In this document: positions 60,692 through 64,000 of the stretch, piece by piece
Numbering within the stretch: the first letter of the stretch is position 1
Layout: every line of letters starts with the position of its first letter
Origin: Candidatus Poribacteria bacterium
Lineage (GTDB): Bacteria; Poribacteria; WGA-4E; PCPOR2b
NCBI GenBank assembly: GCA_965208675.1
Contig: OZ242351.1
Span: 2,496,001 to 2,560,000, forward strand
Reading direction: 5' to 3'
DNA length: 64,000 bases
The notes under the pieces: model-generated
The model's input: only the letters and a program-made list of their open reading frames with translations
What the model was told of the DNA's origin: nothing
Database searches by the model: none
Translations under genes and position numbers: made by a program

Positions 60692-61582
60692 AGCCTAGGA
60701 AAATCTCGACAATATTCTCGTGAAGATATTTCTTCCGTTTGGTGAAAATAATGGCAAGGTCAGTTCCCTTTCCATTGTATTTGCTGCTAGATTCTCTAAA
60801 TTGGCAAAAATAATAATGGTTGTTGCCATTGGACATCTGGTATAAGGCTCGAAAAATGTATATGGTTCATACTTAACCCTTTCATTGGTTTAGAATTAAA
60901 TTTCCCAATGAAGTAAACGCATACATCAGCAGGTAGCGTGACTTTTTCTCTTTCATTGAGGCTTTAATGCGCGTTCGATTCCATGGTAATATCGGTTACA
61001 ATTTAATCATTGCAATCGGTTAACATATCTTACGGCGCCCAACAATGGCAACCGCTCCTCCCTCAACGTGTTTACACATTTGTATCTATTTGAGACACAT
61101 TTGTTTACAACCCGTGAATCCTAGATTTGGTGCAGGCTATCCCGACCTTCTGCGTCTGTTTTATCGAATTCTTGTAAACAAAAGTGTATTCCCCTTCCAT
61201 ACCACCTAAACATTTCCTCCCCATACTCAAAAAATTCTGAACTGCCCGCAGCCTTTGACACTTCAGATTATCCGCGTCCAAACCAAACCAATATTTAATG
61301 GCATTTATAGCATGTGGTGCATAAATTGCCTCATCCCATTTACCGCAAACAATCTACCGTACTAAACTAATCAGTACTGCAGGAGGATTTGGCTGTACGA
61401 CTGTCTTATAATTCAGTCGAGCCGAATCTAAAAACCGATGGTAATTACTGGCGTGTTACGAAGTATGCAGGGCATTTCTCTTGACACCAAGGGCGGGATT
61501 TGGCAAAATTCGCCACATGTATGTTTCGATAAACCTGAATTATCTATAACTAAATAATAGCGGCTTAAGAGGTGCGGTTACT

Positions 61583-64000
61583 ATGAAATTTGCGATAGTT
61601 TTCTTTACCATGTTTTTCCTGCTGTTCAGTTTGATTGCAGCGATTCCCGATGCGATGAGCCAAGACGCAGCACCGGGGTCACCGGTTGTTTTATACGGAA
61701 CCAATGAAGATGCGAATACAAGCGTACCTGCGCCGCCAATGCAGACACCGCCCCCACATGCTCGTCGGTTCAGAACAGTAAATCCACAGTTTATCGTAAC
61801 CTATCACGGTTTTACGGACGAAGCGCGGGCGGCATTTCAATATGCGGTTGATATCTGGGCTTCGCTAATCCGGTCACCTGTGACCATCCATGTAGACGCA
61901 ACGTTTGAAGACCGCGGCGGATGGGAAGATGGATCTATCAATTTGGGCGGTGCAAGACCCGGAAACTGGTGGAACTTCGCCGGAGAGCGGCTGTGGGTTG
62001 CTTTTGCTCTCGCTGATAAGATTGCCGGTAGAAATCTGAGGAGCGGTGAAGCAGACATCATTGTGAGATTCAACAGCAACGACGAGGTAGGTTGGTATTT
62101 TGGCACTGATACCAACACACCATCTGGCAAGTACGATTTTGTTAGTGTTGTGCTTCATGAAATTGGTCACGGTCTTGGTATTTCTAGCACGAGTAGAATG
62201 ATTGAAACCGGTTTTTTTAGTGTTGAAGGTGCGCTCAGAAGCGGTCCATCCCACGCAAGATTCCCCGAGGTTTACGACGAATTTGTAGTCAACGGCGCCG
62301 GTACGGCGATTACGGAATTTTCTGACCCATCTACCGCGCTGCGAGAACAGTTCACCGGTAACAGCCTCTTCTGGAATGGGTCAAATGGGAAACTTGCATA
62401 CAATGGAGCCCGTCCAAAACTATTCGCGCCGACGTGGTGGATTCAAGGGTCGAGCTTCGTCCATTTGGATGAGGAGACGTTTCAGTCGGGCGATCCGAAC
62501 TCCTTAATGACGCCGTATTTTGATAGGGCAGAAGCGATTCACAGCCCCGGCTCCATTGCACTCGGCATGCTCGATGATATCGGGTGGACAATCAACAAAG
62601 CGCCCGTGTTTGCTGAAGACCGTACTACTCGTTCCGTGGCAGAGAATATGGCTGCCGACGTAGATATCGGTAACGCAGTAACCGCTACGGATGCCAACGA
62701 TGCCGATACAGATGATAACACCGTCGACACCTTGATATACGCCTTGAGCGGTACTGATGCGTCATCGTTTGACATTGAACCCTTCACCGGACAGTTGAAG
62801 ACGCGAGCCGCGCTCGATTTCGAATCCAAGTCCGCTTACACGGTAACAGTTATTGTCTCCGATGGAAGCCTTACGGACTCCACTACTGTCGATATCAATG
62901 TCACTGACATAGACGAAACCTCCGCGAACAATGCGCCAGTGTTTTCCGAAGGTAACACCGGCATGCGTACAGTCGCAGAGAACACTGGTGCCGGTGAAAA
63001 TATCGGAAGTGAAGTGAAAGCCACGGATGCCGATAACGATACCCTAACCTACACCTTGGGCGGCGTGGATGCATCTTCGTTTGAAATTGACAGTACATCC
63101 GGTCAGTTGAAGACAAAGGCATCGCTCGACTATGAAACCAAAATATCGTTCACGGTAACGGTGAGTGTCTCCGATAATACTGACACAGCCTCCATTACGG
63201 TCACTATCGGCGTCAGTAACGTAAACGAAGCCGCACCGGTGTTCTCCGATGGCGCCGCCGCCATCCGCTCTGTGGAAGAGAATACAGGAGTAGGTGAAGA
63301 CATTGGCAGCGAAGTGTCTGCTACAGATGCGGACAACGACCCTTTAACGTATACGCTCAGCGGGAATGACGCCTCTTCATTTGACATTGACCGCACATCA
63401 GGCCAGTTGAAGACCAGAGATGCACTCGACTACGAAACAAAAGCTGTCTACACGGTAACGGTTACGGTTTCAGACGGAAGTCTTGAAGCTCGAACTACGG
63501 TCAATATCAACGTCACCAATGTAGACGACGACATTGTCATGGCAGATTGTCAGGAAGGGGATGTTCTTTCACCAGGAGAAAGTTGTACTTACCCCGACAC
63601 CGATACCGAGTTTTCTGTGCTTGATAACGGTCAAGCGAGCTTGGACGACCCGGATTTTCCCTCGTGGTTCAACCAAATATCCGTCGGCGGTTCGTTAAAT
63701 GTAACCGCAACAGTCAATGGTGTACCCTATCATTTGGTTGCCACAGAACTCACCGGCGGCTCATGGAGAATTGATGAACTTGGAGAAATCGTCGTACCGA
63801 CAGTAGACCCTGCCAACCTGAGCCTTGCCGCTTCACCGTCGTTGACAGAAGCGACGCTAAATGGGGGTATAGTGACGCTGACGCTTAGCGGCAGTGCTTT
63901 CTCGCGATTTAGTTTCGGTGATGTAACGGTGTCAGGTATTGCCGGCGTATCAGCTTCCGATGTGGATCGCGTGAGCGATACAGAGGTGAGCGTTCAACTC
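61583..64000 (+). CDS. Secreted zinc metalloprotease-cadherin repeat surface protein (3' end beyond window)
   Basis: Absent from the ORF track, consistent with running off the window end. Signal peptide MKFAIVFF..., HEIGHGLG at ~62156, and three cadherin repeats (APVF...ATDA..D..L.Y.L.G.DASSF.I...GQLKT...LD(Y/F)E.K) at ~62594-63530. Frame checked at several points up to the end. Confidence 0.85.
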   Translation, partial: MKFAIVFFTMFFLLFSLIAAIPDAMSQDAAPGSPVVLYGTNEDANTSVPAPPMQTPPPHARRFRTVNPQFIVTYHGFTDEARAAFQYAVDIWASLIRSPVTIHVDATFEDRGGWEDGSINLGGARPGNWWNFAGERLWVAFALADKIAGRNLRSGEADIIVRFNSNDEVGWYFGTDTNTPSGKYDFVSVVLHEIGHGLGISSTSRMIETGFFSVEGALRSGPSHARFPEVYDEFVVNGAGTAITEFSDPSTALREQFTGNSLFWNGSNGKLAYNGARPKLFAPTWWIQGSSFVHLDEETFQSGDPNSLMTPYFDRAEAIHSPGSIALGMLDDIGWTINKAPVFAEDRTTRSVAENMAADVDIGNAVTATDANDADTDDNTVDTLIYALSGTDASSFDIEPFTGQLKTRAALDFESKSAYTVTVIVSDGSLTDSTTVDINVTDIDETSANNAPVFSEGNTGMRTVAENTGAGENIGSEVKATDADNDTLTYTLGGVDASSFEIDSTSGQLKTKASLDYETKISFTVTVSVSDNTDTASITVTIGVSNVNEAAPVFSDGAAAIRSVEENTGVGEDIGSEVSATDADNDPLTYTLSGNDASSFDIDRTSGQLKTRDALDYETKAVYTVTVTVSDGSLEARTTVNINVTNVDDDIVMADCQEGDVLSPGESCTYPDTDTEFSVLDNGQASLDDPDFPSWFNQISVGGSLNVTATVNGVPYHLVATELTGGSWRIDELGEIVVPTVDPANLSLAASPSLTEATLNGGIVTLTLSGSAFSRFSFGDVTVSGIAGVSASDVDRVSDTEVSVQL

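Noticed and set aside
60700-61560. Long AT-rich intergenic region as a possible riboswitch or ncRNA
   Set aside because: No recognisable aptamer consensus or promoter-terminator pair.
1-64000. CRISPR array, tRNA (including tRNA-Sec) and rRNA genes
   Set aside because: No regularly spaced direct repeats, cloverleaf or rRNA-like sequence were recognised by eye. A tRNAscan/Infernal run would be needed to exclude them fully.

Overview
A bacterial genomic window, most likely from Candidatus Poribacteria or a close relative. This is inferred from C-terminal KLxTTWGxVK tails, ECF-sigma fusions, a DUF1549/DUF1553-DUF1501 pair, a PhyH dioxygenase and a cadherin surface protein. From left to right it holds: clpB behind a sigma54-type promoter; an AT-rich phage-like island (~3.4-13.4 kb) with a Clp-fold SDH protease, three small antisense promoter-terminator units and an AlwI-family type IIS restriction-modification system whose second methyltransferase is fused to RadC; tandem TolB/PD40 paralogues; a BlaI/M56 locus split by an in-frame TAG; ordinary metabolic genes (BKACE, PhyH, AKR, CopA, GT4, MurJ-like, argG, Gfo); two ECF-sigma fusion genes; a LolA-like/YidD/TPR membrane module; and a metalloprotease-cadherin gene running off the right end. 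The main discovery is at 43.2-49.3 kb: a tandem array of three bacterial homologues of animal selenoprotein N (SELENON). The ORF track splits each at an in-frame TGA in DESC-U-(G/A). Each TGA is followed by a SECIS-like hairpin with a UGAG loop at the same offset. The third gene sits inside a composite element bounded by two inverted 129-bp MITEs with a TTA target duplication, and this element has inserted into the second gene. Relics of further copies flank the array. No tRNA, rRNA, CRISPR array or selA/selB/selC is visible. All family assignments come from motif recognition by eye; no database searches were run.
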